Positions 1-27,760 of a stretch of DNA of 64,000 nt are shown in pieces. Location of the stretch: assembly GCA_964247055.1 (NCBI GenBank), contig OZ176059.1, positions 310,001 through 374,000 on the forward strand, given 5' to 3'. The position numbers and the translations under genes were made by a program. The notes below the pieces were generated by a model. That model ran no database searches. It was given only the letters and a program-made list of their open reading frames with translations, and was not told the origin of the DNA. Each line of letters begins with the position of its first letter. Within the stretch, counting starts at the first letter, position 1. The stretch is from Paragordius varius (Eukaryota > Animalia > Nematomorpha).

Positions 1-1047
1 ATCTCTAAATGGAATTAACCAGGTGGCTTTGCAACGTTCATTCCTAACCATGTTGCAAAGCTTGCAAGCTTCAGGAAACGTTAGTATATCATCTGGCCTC
101 TATTCTGACAACACATTTTACCTTACAGATAAATTTGTTAAGGCTGTTAGCTCATATTATATGAGTGAAGCTAAATCGCTTGATTTTCATGCTGCGCCCG
201 ATAATGCACGAAATAGCATTAATGAGGATGTGGCCCGTGCTACTAAAGGCTTGATTGAGGACCTATTGGCCCCAGGATCTATTACCGAGGATACGAAAAT
301 GGTGTTGACTAGTACGATTCAGTTTGAAGATCATTGGAGGCAATCTTTTAATGATAAACTTTCGGCTGATCGAGACTTTTTGCGCGATGACGGGGAAACA
401 GTTTCGCTAAAGATGATGCATGGTAGACAAAAACGTCCCTACTTTGAAGAACCGATGGAAGGCAAGGAAAGCGAAAACCTTAAAGTTTTGAAATTGCCTT
501 ACCTATCTGCGAGATTTGCCTTGTATGTCATTATGCCACCTGCTCAAACCATGTCTACTTTGATTAAGACTCTAACGGTTGATAAGCTAAAACGGTATAT
601 TAAGAGCGTGGATGCGGTTGACATTGAAATTGCTATGCCAATATTCCAAACACTTTCTGACCTTAATTTGATTGAGGCATTGGAGAATATGGGAGTACAC
701 AAGATTTTTAGGTAAACATTGTTTATTTATTTTATAACTTTTTAACACAGGAAAAGAACTTAAAAATATTATGTATTTTTACTATTATATAATAATTTAG
801 GGCGGATGGCGATTTTACAGGAATAACCAAGGACCCTAGATCGGATTTGCATGTTTCAACTTTGGTTCATAAAGCCTTTCTTAAAGTGCATGAAAATGGG
901 ACTGTGGCGGCTGCTGCGACAGCTGCTGGAGCATCGGTTACATCAGCTACCCCTTATGAATTTATGGCTACGCATCCTTTTATGTACATTTTGTATGATC
1001 ATGAAACCAAACACATTTTATTTATTGGCGCTTATACTGGACATTAA
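1..1047 (+). CDS. Serpin (serine/cysteine protease inhibitor), 5'-partial; exons <2-711 and 801-1047
   Basis: Frame is open from base 2. The 89-bp intron 712-800 (GTAAAC..TTTAG, phase 2) joins to ...KIFR/ADGDFTGI...LHVSTLVHKAFLKVHENGTVAAAATAAGASVTSATPYEFMATHPFMYILYD...FIG, which has the serpin hinge (E-x-G-T-x-AAAAT) and the F-x-A-x-H-P-F signature. AATAAA at ~1062. Confidence 0.95.
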
Positions 1048-1263
1048 ATTGTTGTATAAAAAATAAAATAAATTGAATTAGTACATATATAATTTTTATT
1101 GTTAACGAATGTTGGTGTTTGCTCGCCTATCGTAATTATCACAAAACTTACCAAAACAATTAAGTAGGTGTTGCCTGTGGTCTGTATATCAACTATTTGC
1201 AAATGTTGTCTATTGTAAGATTAAAATATTTGAATAAATTAACATCTGAGCTCTGTCGGAAAG

Positions 1264-1270
1264 TATAAAA
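1264..1270 (+). promoter_or_regulatory. Candidate TATA box (TATAAAA) of the SOUL-family gene
   Basis: TATAAAA lies 70 nt upstream of the ATG at 1334, in the short serpin-SOUL intergenic space. Confidence 0.5.
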
Positions 1271-1333
1271 ACCACGCTACAAACGGACTAAAATTATTTC
1301 CATCTTTTGATTTTCAAAATTCGTTCTTTTATA

Positions 1334-2601
1334 ATGTCACACTTTTCCTTTATTATTCCGTTAACACTATTGTGTTCCCTGTTGTATATGGCTCAAATAT
1401 CGGAGCAAGCTACACGGGAAAAACGTCAAGATGAAGACTCACCTCCTCGTTACAAGGTTAAAACTAGGAGAACAACGCAAGCCATTCAACCGATTAGCAC
1501 CCGACGAGTCCGTGCCACGCCATATAACCCACCTCCAACTCCACCGGGCGAACCCAGGTATGTGGCCCCCTCCCTTCGTTTCTTTGATCAATATGAGGTG
1601 CGAAGAGTACCATTTGTTGGAGCCTTGTACAAGGATTTGTTTGACAACTTTAACGATGTATCCATATATGATTGGTTACCAGGGTATGTAACTTTGGTTT
1701 CGCTAACAAAGTTATCTATATAAAATTTAATGTACATTTTGTAATAGACATATTCCATCATTTTGTGGTCAACGCTGGTGTCCACCCTTCAAAGTTGTCT
1801 GCAAAAATGAATTTTATGAGGTACGTCAGTATGTCAACATTACTTTGGTTTCAGCAATAATTGACGCACAAGATTATAAAAGTCAAGGGCTTGGAGCGGG
1901 TTATGATACGATATACGCCTACTTTAAGGGAGACAACAAGGAATGTAAGTGAAAATTAATTATTCACAAAAGCAAAATTTGTAATATATGTATTTACATT
2001 ATCAATTATATTTTAGATATCAAGTTACCTCTGACCTTCCCTGTGGGTGTAAATGGGCCGTTACTACAATCCACAAGTGATGAAGATTTCCTTTACAATT
2101 TAATCAAGGGTGGACCTGTGCCAGGCGTGAGTCTGCCCATAGGACCTCCATATGACACTTATCCACCGGAACCCCTTTCTCCAAAAGTACTTATTTTAAC
2201 ACATATTTATGTAATTTTATACCATTTCTTTTTTTTTCCTTATTAGGTCAAAATTAGTTATATAGAAGGGCCTCTGGTATATGTCAGTATGTTTGGGGGT
2301 GAAGCCTTCTCTTCCATCATAGTATCAAAGGCTGAGACATTCTTGAAAGTTTTACGTCTCAATGGTCAAAAAACAACTGGTGAATTTGAATTTAAGCGAT
2401 ACTCTGAGTAAAACATACCTCTTTTATATCCACTTATATTGTGTGTTACATGAATAATTTTTTTTAATAATTTATAGCCAATATTCTGACAACGGAGATC
2501 TCCACAACGAAATTCATGTCCCCGTGATTGGAGTTGAAAAGCCAAAATATCCTGGTGGGGAATATGGGGAATATCATCACAAACCTCGATCTTATTGTTA
2601 G
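1334..2601 (+). CDS. Secreted SOUL/heme-binding-protein family member (HEBP2-like), 333 aa; exons 1334-1683, 1748-1944, 2017-2186, 2247-2407, 2478-2601
   Basis: Four GT-AG introns of 60-72 bp give one 1002-nt frame. SOUL motifs: PSFC...CPPFKVV..EFYEVRQY, IYAYFKGDN...KLPLTFPV, PPEPLSPKVKI..VYVSMFGG, HNEIH. Hydrophobic N-terminal signal peptide. Confidence 0.85.
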
Positions 2602-4048
2602 AATCCATCAACAGAGAAAATGCAATAACTTTCTATTTATATATGTATACTTAACATTTGTTTCATTTTGTGTGTTTCATCCATTTTCTTAGAGACGCAT
2701 TTATATATATTCTCTATTGTATTTATATATTTATAGTATTGATAAAGCATTTTTGTAAATTAGTTCAATAATAAATTCATCCTTAGTGATTTTGTTTTTA
2801 TGGATATGGGAATTAATGACCAAACTTTGTAGCAAATGATCCTTTTCGAAATGTTAATAAATAATTTTTAACCGTTTTTTGCCAAAAGCGTCATCAGTTT
2901 TGATAGTATATCCAAGATATTGGGTCAGTTTAGAAATAAGCTTTAGATGATCTTTGGCTTATACAAATGAAATGAAAAAATTGTGAATATAATTTTTATC
3001 ATCAAATGTTTTTTTTCGCTATTTTTCAATTTGGTAAAGATGTATCAGAGCTCTCATAATCCTTTGGCTATTTCCCAAGCTTTTCTTAAATTATAATTTG
3101 TTTGCGCTCTTAATTGCTGTAGACGCTTGTGTATATTTTTACAAAATATTCTTGTTAATATATTTTTTTCCATACATATTCTCAAAATATTGGTTAAATA
3201 AATAATTTAGTGAATTTAATTATAAATTATTATACATATTAAGGGGAATATCAAAACTATTAACCGACGGGAGAGAGTTCTCTATCAAAATTGATTGCGC
3301 CCTTCTTTTGCTTTACTATGGGTCATATTTACCAGTATGTCACTAGAAATTAAAATTACACAAAGCGTAACAAATTCACTTTTAAACAGCCATATTTTCT
3401 AAGCCCTAAAATTTGAATATAACTGAGCATTTTGAGTAGCAAAAAAGTCAACTCTATATTTAAGTCTATTTATATATATGTAGGATATAATAAGATTCGG
3501 GAAGTATGTTGACTCAAAAAAATATTTGTGTTTTAGTTTCAACATTTTTCATTTTTGATTACTGTATTTTTAGATTTCTAACAAAAAACTACTGCTTGCC
3601 TAAAGCGCATTTAATGCCATATTCACTGGGTTAAATTTTGGAAAAATATCCTGATAAAATATATATTAGGAAAGTGTGTTAAAAAAATGTGTTAGGATTA
3701 TCTTGCTTTTTGGCCCTTACGAATATAACTAAAATATTTACAGTTATGTGTTGCTTCAAAAAAAATTTGGACACAATAATTTTTTGAAATGCTTTATTCC
3801 AAAAATATCTCTAAAATATATGATAATATTAAGTTAAATATTTTTAAAATACTATTTATTAGTTGTAGGCTCCAAATTCCAAATTTTATGACTTAAATTG
3901 TACTAGTTTCTAAAAATAAACGTAATGCCGAGATTGTAAGTTTTCTTTGAGAAATTTGGATATTTTTTGACAAATTAATTAATATTTGGTGGAGCGAGTT
4001 TTATGGTATTTCGAGGCATGCTAGAAACGGTATAAAAAGAGTTTAAAA

Positions 4049-5521
4049 TATACCATTTTCATGCAAAAACATCATTTTTTCAACCAAACAACATTTTTCA
4101 ACCAAACTCAACATTTTTTCAAGCAAACGCAACATTTTTTCAAGCAAAGACAACATTTTTTCCAGCAAACCAACATTTTTTCAAGCAAAGACAGCATCTT
4201 TTCATCCAAAAACATTTTTTCAACCAAAGACAACATTTTTTTAAGCAAAAACAACAATTTTTTAAAAAAATAAAAACCCTTTTTTTTATTTTAAGACATA
4301 TGAAATTGAAAGTTAGTTTAAATTTTAGCGTATTATGATTTTTATTGTTTTATCATCAATATTTGATGGTATGATTGATTTTCAAACATTTTAATTTAGC
4401 CCAAAAATGGCATTATTTGTTTATATTAATTATTTTTTTCTTTTAGAACTTAAGTTTCACCCAATCAATCTATACTGCACTTCAAAATTGTTCTTTTAAA
4501 TTTAAACTTAGTCCTAGAACACTTCAAGTTGATCCTTCAATATTTTAATTTTGATTCTAACGTTCATTAATGAGGCAATAAAATATTCATTATTCAATCA
4601 TTTAAACCTATTTTTTTATTTAACCTAAACCTTTATTAAGTGAATACATTTATTTCATAAGAACCGTATATCCTTATTATTTTCTATAAATTAATATTAA
4701 AAAATATCTACGTTTTGTGGGTTATTGATGGTAATATTTAGTTTAAAACAATAATAAATATATTTTATTGATAAATTAAAAAAAATTTTCAAACAAATTT
4801 GTTTTACTATGAAAATATTTATTTTCATTTAAAAACAAATATATAAAGATTTTACTTTAAATTTAAAAAATAGATAATTACACACAAAAATAAGGGTTGT
4901 ATGGAAGTTGCAGGAATTTTAAGCGAAGGATAACTTTAAATTTTCAAAGAGAGTCTTAAAGCGCAAATTGTATGATTGATAAAAAAAACATTTATAAATA
5001 AATAATGCAATTTATGGGCTAAATTAAAAGTTTTGAAAATCAATCATACCATCTATTGATGATAAAACAAAAATCATAATTCTAGTCTAAAATAAATTTA
5101 CATTAACTTGAAATTTATGTCTTAAAATAAAAAAAATGGTTTTTTATTCTAAAAAAATTGTTGTTTTTGCTTGAAAATATGTTGTCGTTGCTGGAAAAAA
5201 TGTTGCGTTTGGATGAAAAAATGTTGTCCTTGGTTGAAAAAATGTTGTCTTTGGTTGCGTTTGCTTGAAAAAATGTTGTCTTTGCTTGAAAATATGTTGT
5301 CGTTGCTTGAAAAAATGTTGCGTTTGGATGAAAAAATGTTGTCCTTGGTTGAAAAAATGTTGTCTTTGGTTGCGTTTGCTTGAAAAAATGTTGTCCTTGC
5401 TTGAAAATATGTTGTCTTTGGTTGAAAAAATGTTGCATTTGCTTGAAAAAATGTTGAGTTTGGTTGAAAAAAATGTTGCATTTGGTTGAAAAAATGATGT
5501 TTTTGCATGCAAAATGGTATA
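4049..5521. mobile_element. Foldback element with ~400-500-bp inverted arms carrying 21-bp tandem repeats
   Basis: Termini TATACCATTTT (4049) and AAAATGGTATA (5511-5521). Arms ~4049-4420 and ~5000-5521 are reverse complements. Unit about CAACATTTTTTCAAGCAAAGA. Confidence 0.8.
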
Positions 5522-6825
5522 TTATATACTTCTCTTTCTAAATGATGACTAATATTTTATCACCATGGAATAATTTTATGTTTTCGAATTTGGATAAAGT
5601 TTTGCAATGAATACTATCAAAATCCGAGGTGAGAAAAATATTTAGTATCATTAAATTACATAACATAATTGATTTTGTAATAACCTAAAGAGTTTTAATA
5701 CCGTTTCCATCATGCCTCAAAATAGTGCCCTTTAACAAAATTTTGTTATTAATAAAATATATAAGCAAAAAGTATTCATATTTTCGGGAAAACCTTTTTT
5801 TGCGCCTAAATCAAGCATATGCACAATCTAGGCATTATTACTTTGATAATAGCCAATAGAAGGGCAAAAAAGTCGGGACTTACAGAGCCTACATCTAAAA
5901 ATTAAAATATATTTCATTGCTAATTTATATAGGTAATTTTGTATTTGAGTGATTTTTGGAATGAAGCATTGAACTTTCACCACAAAAATTTATTTAAGAA
6001 CATGTGGGCAAATTTTGCCATTTTTCAAATAACGCAGTTACAACAAAGTGTAAACAACTTTATTATTTCTCATAAGGATCAAAACTAAAATCACCATGAG
6101 AATCCTCATAACTTTTCCTATCAGAACGTGTATATTTTATCAGGATAATTTTTTGTGGACACTGTATATATATTATAAATCCAAATTATTTTCTCTATAG
6201 TTGATTTAACCACTTTTCCGCGTAAGCAAATTGAAGATTAACTCCACAAACTAATTTTCAGCAGATTTTTATGGTAAAAAATATTTATGTCTTATTAATA
6301 AAGCCATGTTGGTTATGAACAATTATAATTAATCAAATAATATAATAAGCTTTCAATCAAACTTTACAATTTTAATTAAACTTCAAGCATTAACACAATC
6401 TTCAATTTAATGATACTTTGATTATCAAAATGCAGATCATTGCTAAAAAGTGATTTTAATCAGATATTATCGCAGAAGCAAATTTATACTACTCTGTTTT
6501 TGCACTCTCACATTTCTAATATAAGGTCTCCTATTTAAGTTATATCGGTTTTAAGCCAAATATGATTTTTTAACATTATCGGATCATTATGGAGGGTGAA
6601 ACTCTACATATTCCAAATGAATTTTCTTGAGAAAATTTACTATGATACATAAGAAATCAATAATAATAATAATTTCGACGCAGTCTAACGCAGTCTTTAT
6701 TAAAACGTATAATTTTGCTGTACTCATCATTTTTTTAAAAAAATAAAGAAATATTATGGAATATTAAACATACTGGGTGGTTTATTTTGGGACGAATAAT
6801 TTCCTCCATTTGAATAGATGTATTT

Positions 6826-7308
6826 AACTCGATTCAAATGGGGTTATCTAAATACCCCAGACTATATTTAAGTTGATTTTTTAAAAAAACTACCAAAAGA
6901 AACTGTTCCAATTTAAATGTATGCTTCTATCCTAATCAATATAATAAGCCGAAATATCTAAATAAAATTTAGTTTTAAAGTTTCATATCAAACTTCTCTG
7001 AAGCCATTTTTATTTTATTTTTGCAAAATAGGTTTATTAATTTTTTATCAAAATCATATCTAACATTGGTAGAAACAGCAAAAGTGGTTAATTTTGTATT
7101 ATATTTAAATTTAGCTAAAGCACACAATAAGTAATAAAGTATTTTTAAATGAACTTTTTTTATATTTTATCAATGTTAAACAAGCACAAACTTTTGCCAT
7201 GGTTTCAATTCCTTTCATATTATTTGAGGTATATTTTAAACAGACCTGGGGCATCCAACTATCCAATTTTGAATATAAGGACTGAAATCAATGTGTTGTA
7301 TCCAAGTT
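6826..7308 (-). mobile_element. piggyBac-like non-autonomous element, degenerate copy
   Basis: Shares GATTCAAAT-GGGG-TATCTAAATACCCCAG and GTTGTATCCAAG ends with the copies at 29038, 37690, 38331 and 63004. Confidence 0.55.
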
Positions 7309-9900
7309 AAGACTTTTTTGTGCGTTCTCATGTACATTAAAAAAATGTTTTACTTTATATATAAATAAGAGCGACAAAAAAGGCATATTTTAATCATTCC
7401 CTTTCTTGAAATTGGCACTTTTAATCTAGAACTGGGTGACCAACGCAATTCAGGGGCTTTTTCGAATATGATAAAATTTATTGTTTTACCTATGCCTAAA
7501 TACTAGGTAGAATTTATATCTGTGTCCCAAATTCTGACACCTTATGTTCATAACTCGTGATATAAGATGCAATGTGTATCTGCTGAATTCCGGTCTCCCT
7601 CATATAATATTTATAAAACGGTCAAAATATTCAACCGAGTAATTAAAAACACTGGACCTAAGTATTAAATGATAAACAACTAAAATATTTTTAATAAGAA
7701 CTAATAATTATAAATATCATAAAGTTAATGCTTTATGTAATTAACCAATTTACTTCAAATAACTAATTATCTAAAATTGCAATTATTTATGGTTGTTTAA
7801 ATATAAAAATCATTATATAATATTGAGCCCAAAACCAGGTGCGCATAGTGTGGGATTAAAAATATGCGGCATTATCGAATCGAATTATAAACGAAAAAAG
7901 TAGTGTCGGACACCATTTGATAAAAGCATTTTAACGTGTATTATCACATAGAAGCTTTTATAACCATAAAAGCGTTAAACATGGTACAATAATTACTAAG
8001 ATTTGAACAACACTAAAACGAGATGTTGATAATTACATAATTTCATTTGTAACGCATTTTTTTATGTTTTATGTCCTTATAGAATGGAGATGTCTGGTTT
8101 GTCTGCAATTTATAATTCATCCTTCCAACGAAAAAAAAATATGATTCTATATATAATTTTGAATACTTTAGTCGTACCAGGCAAAGGTTGTTAACCCTAA
8201 AGAAACCAGGAATTATTTGAGGCCCTTAAGCTCTTAAAATTCATGTCTGAATTATTTTATTATATATAGGTATTTTTCAAATAAGAGAGAAAAAATAATT
8301 TTTTAAAGTGATAATTAAATGAAAATTATATTACAATATAATTGACTAAAATAAAAAATATATGTATATATATGTCTGATATAATTACACATGTAAATTC
8401 GTATTAATAACCGTCCTTAACTAACTAAAAAATACTTGTTAAACCCTATTTACCATTTTTAAATATTAGCTTAGGGCATGCATGTCAAAACATAATTAGA
8501 TTAATAAGAGAAATTTTTTGTTTTCAATTGTTAATTGTACAGTAAATTTTTTGCAGTACATGTAAGGTATAAACAAAGTTAACAACGCCATAAATCATTT
8601 TTAATTAGAGAGCTAATTATTTATCATTGGGTATTACATTGGGTTTTATAGTATATTGTGATAATCATTAACTGTAAATATGTAAATAATTATGAAGTTT
8701 ACATAAACTCTTGTAATTATAATGCAACAAAAATTATAAACTAACAAACACTTCAGTACCTTTGAAATTTTTATATGAATTTACACTTTGGGGGTGATTT
8801 TTTTTAAACACAAAATATTAAATAACGGATAATACAAAATATTGTATTTGCTAAAACAGTGTGATAAAATATTCATACAAAAAATATCGCTTTTTAATAT
8901 AATTTTTATTTTAATCTCTTGTATTCATTTGGAACAAACTGCTAATTTAAAACATAACGAAAATTTAACATAAATTAAATATTAAATTATATAACATTAT
9001 GTAAGTATTATCTGGTTAAAAATGAAAAATTTTGAAGGCGAGTTTAAAATGGTTTTTTTATTTTTTGTTTGTTTATATAAAAGCGCTTAAAAGGACATAA
9101 ATTTGGCCCGCCGTAATTTATAATTTTAATATTTATATTAGACGCTTTACCAAAAATATGGATATTATATAAAATTAATCCTTAATAGAGTAAATATTTG
9201 TTATATTTTATATTTCTAGGTTAAACCATAAAATAAATAAATCATGTCTTTTTCTGAAAAAAGCTTAATTTAAATAACAACATTTTGCGCTCCTAAAAAA
9301 CCTGGCTAACAAAAGGAACATGTTGCCTGATAACTTCTAACTTATCCATCAAATAAAAATCGAATATTATTGCAATTTAAACAAGCACGTGAATTCTTGG
9401 AAATATATCATCTCTATATATCTAATTCATTTATTCTACTTAAATGGATAAATGAGATTTCCAAAAAGTTTTGAAAAAATTATGAACTAAATTAAGATCG
9501 CTTAAAAAGACATAACCAGCCAGAATTTTTCAAAGCCTTTATATAAAATATAAATCATCGCATAAAATTTAAATTTGTGTTATGATCGTTAACGACGGTA
9601 TTATAAGCGGAACCCGACAAAAACCTTACTTTGTAAATATATATAAAAATATAGTTTTAAATTTTTACTTGAATTGCTTAAGTTTTAACTATCAATAAAT
9701 CGCATATAACCGAAGAATATTTTTGTAAAATCAAACGATGTATCCTTAAACATGTGTGACCCTTGTTTAAAAACATAATATATGGCAAATTTACCACAAA
9801 AAGGATTTTTTTATTACTAACTGCATATACTCTAATTTGTCATAGATAAAGAAAAAACATGTAATATTATTTTTATAAGAAAAATTGGTTTTTGGTCACC

Positions 9901-9903
<3 letters not shown>

Positions 9904-9938
<35 letters not shown>
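9904..9938. repeat. (TA)n microsatellite
   Basis: Direct reading. Similar tracts at 17433-17493 and near 21080, 34786, 43230, 56625 and 57642. Confidence 0.95.
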
Positions 9939-9942
<4 letters not shown>

Positions 9943-10771
9943 ACTCATAATTAAAATAATGAAAGGGTTAAGGTTATATCATAAAAGCTCGATGATATAT
10001 TACGTTTCGTGTGAATTCAGTTACGAAATAAAAAAAACTATTTGAAATATATATATAGAAGAATAAGCATATTTATTTTGAAAGCATATATTGACCTATG
10101 ATGATGATATGTTGAAAATATTTCATACATATAACGAATCATAAACTAATTTATATATTTTAGAATTGTTTTTATGTTATAACAGTCATCTCTATTTTTA
10201 ATACGTCATCTCCCTTAACAATTTTTTAAAAATAAGTATATGTGGACATTTCCAGAAATTATAAAAAAATGTCAAATTTCTATTACTCATATAATATAAT
10301 TGGTTGGGCAGGCAGTTTTTTTTGTAGGCTTACATATAATTATAAAATTTTACAAGTTTTTGATTTTTGAAATCTATGAAAGTGTCAACAAGACATACCA
10401 AATATATTTTTCTGTAATCCCAGCATATTATTTCATACAAATAAAGCTCTCAATAGTGTCGTGAATTTTGTTAGTTTTTTTAAAATTACGCATTTTCAAT
10501 TACTTGGTCAGGTTTTATTGTGTCCGTATATATATATTTAGGTATAAATATTTTTATATCTGTAATTTTTTCACATTATATACATATATATACAAAATTG
10601 AATTCATTCGATAGTATTGCGACAACTTTTTTTACAAATTAAATTTTTGTCATTGTTCTCATATTTAATAATTTTTTCTTCGCTCCTCGATATTTTATTA
10701 AATATATATTGAGATTCCAATCTTTTTTTCCACAAATTTTCGTTTACCTTTTGCGGTGCCATATAAAACCA

Positions 10772-25479
<14,708 letters not shown>

Positions 25480-26352
25480 TTTAAAATATAATTATCATAA
25501 CTTTTTTGTTTTATGGTATGGTGGAAAATTGGAAAATCCTTTATAAAATATATGTGTAATGTGAAACACATCATCAACCAACATAAAGCATTTGAAAAGC
25601 ATTTTTACCTAGTCCTTAGTTATTTATTTGCGCTAGTGATATACTATAATTGAATAGCCAATTTTTTAACAAATCCGATCGATTATAAATTTAGGACATG
25701 TTATAAGTTATTCCTTTCTATTATACAAACTACATAACGAACGCATAATAAAAAGTTTTAAAATATATTATATATTTTTTATTTTTCTTATTATTTAAGG
25801 AAGTTGCTCATATATTTTTATTTATATATACTATATATTATTTATTAATTTCTATAAAACTATTTATATTCTCGTCTTGTGAATAAAACCATTTTTTTCG
25901 ATAATTAGCCCTAGAATTGATTGTTTTAGAGATATAAATATCATTATATTTATACTACATAACGTTGTTAAAGTTTTCAATTTAAATATAATTTGTGAGC
26001 ATAATTTTGAATATATTCTTTTAATCGATTGTAATATTAGTTGCATCTATCACATACGTTACTATATTTATAACTTTCCCACATACTTCATATAATATTG
26101 ATAAATAAATTATTAAATTTTAAAAACAACTAAATTTTAAAACTTTTTAACCGTCAAATTTACAAAGTTACTAACATGATATTTTATCAAAATTGAGCGA
26201 TTCACGTCATATTACTTTGTTCCATTACATTCTCTCTGTTCCCAGTCGTATTTTGGGTCATCTTTGGTAGAATTTTTATCCGTTTCACAGAATATTAACA
26301 TTGAAAATTATCTAGCTTATAGATTCCTTTAATATTTGATTTTGGCTTAAGA

Positions 26353-26861
26353 CAGTGATATTCAAACCACGGGCGCGGGGCGCATACGGCCCTAAGAGTG
26401 CTTTAAAATTGCCCTAAGAGTTTTGGCAAGATATGCCAAATACATATGAAAATATAAAAAAATGTGCTCAAGTTACCTAACTTTTTTCCCTCACTTACAA
26501 GTGTGAGACGGCATATTCAAAATGAAGTATATCAAGAATACATACAAAAATCGCTTAAACTATGATCATATGGACGACGTATTAAAATTACCCTGTCATG
26601 AAGCGAAACCATATCTGTCAAAAATTATTGGTTAATATCAAAATAAATGTTGTTATCTAAATAATTTAATTTTTTAATTAAATGGTGCAAAACGAATTTT
26701 TAGCCGGATTTACATGCGATCCGCAAAAAATTCATTGTGCTGATTTAGAGTATAAATATTGCATATGTGCAAATAGCTATGGAATATTACCATTATAAGA
26801 TTCATGGCCCTCGAAAAAAATATGTATTTGGCCTGTCAAATTTTTTTGGTGGGTACCTCTG
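26353..26861 (+). mobile_element. hAT (Charlie/Buster/SPIN-like) deletion derivative with a frameshifted transposase dimerisation-domain remnant
   Basis: CAGTGATATTCAAACC start and GC-rich GGCCC subterminal motifs. 26493-26595 reads TYKCETAYSK/MKYIKNTYKNRLNYDHMDDVL with one frameshift. Confidence 0.7.
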
Positions 26862-27479
26862 CTCTGACAGCTTATACAAATGGCGGGCTAGGGTATAAAT
26901 TATCGCTTTTATTCATGTAAATTAGTGATCATAATCTACGACACACAGTTAAATTATTATGCTGACATAGTTAGGGCACAAAAGCGGTGTTTATACATAT
27001 AAGAAATTTCTTTATGAAATATCATTCTTCTGATCCTAAATAAATGAAGAGTCTGATGATTTATTTATGATTTTTGGGCTTAGGCGTCATTTAGGAAAGT
27101 CATCAAGAATTGTGATAACTCTCCATATAAAAACGTGGCAGTTACAATGATTTGTTTTGACAATCTAAATAAAAAGGCTTAGAATCAAATTTTGTCAACA
27201 AAAATTAAAAAATATATTTAAAAACAAAGCGATATACATGTACCCTTTTTTATATGTTAACTCTGAAATAATCTCCAACTTTTGGAATCTAAATGGCTAT
27301 TCTTTAAATAAACATACACAAAGGTGCTGGAATGAGTGAGAATCAGTATATTCCAGTTATGACACCGTAATAAAATATTACTTAATAAAAGTATGTTTTA
27401 ATGTAAATAATATTGGCCATATTTTGTTTTTCCAAGATGGATAATATCTAATAGGATTTCTAAGTTACCAAGTAGCTTT

Positions 27480-27760
27480 GAAAAATAGTGGTTATTATTT
27501 TTAGATATCCAATGGAAGAGAATGATAGATCTTGAAATTGTTTCGAAACTTCACAATATCCGAATTAGTAGAAATATTACAAGGGAGAAACCAAAATAAT
27601 CAACTGTCGCAAAGGTTAAAAGCCTTGCCTAACCAAGATTGGAATATACCAGGACAGGTAGTATTTGGGTATGGGCAAAGAAAAGCACACCAATACGGTT
27701 ATTAATTTTAAATGACCGAAATACACGCTGCAAAGTTTAGCAAAGAGTGTGAAATAAGAT
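27480..27760 (+). pseudogene. Decayed non-LTR retrotransposon reverse-transcriptase C-terminal fragment
   Basis: Reads LDIQWKRMID..ISRNI...KSLA*PRLEY...IW, resembling the LINE L.W..HI...KSLVRP.LEY...VW motif, with stops. Confidence 0.45.

Noticed and set aside
1047-1334. Operon-like (trans-spliced) serpin-SOUL pair
   Set aside because: The spacer has its own TATA-like box and no clear trans-splice acceptor before the ATG.
4061-5512. Gln/His/Phe- and Cys/Lys-rich ORFs in several frames
   Set aside because: They are translations of a 21-bp tandem repeat, open on both strands, with 7-aa periodicity and no splice support.
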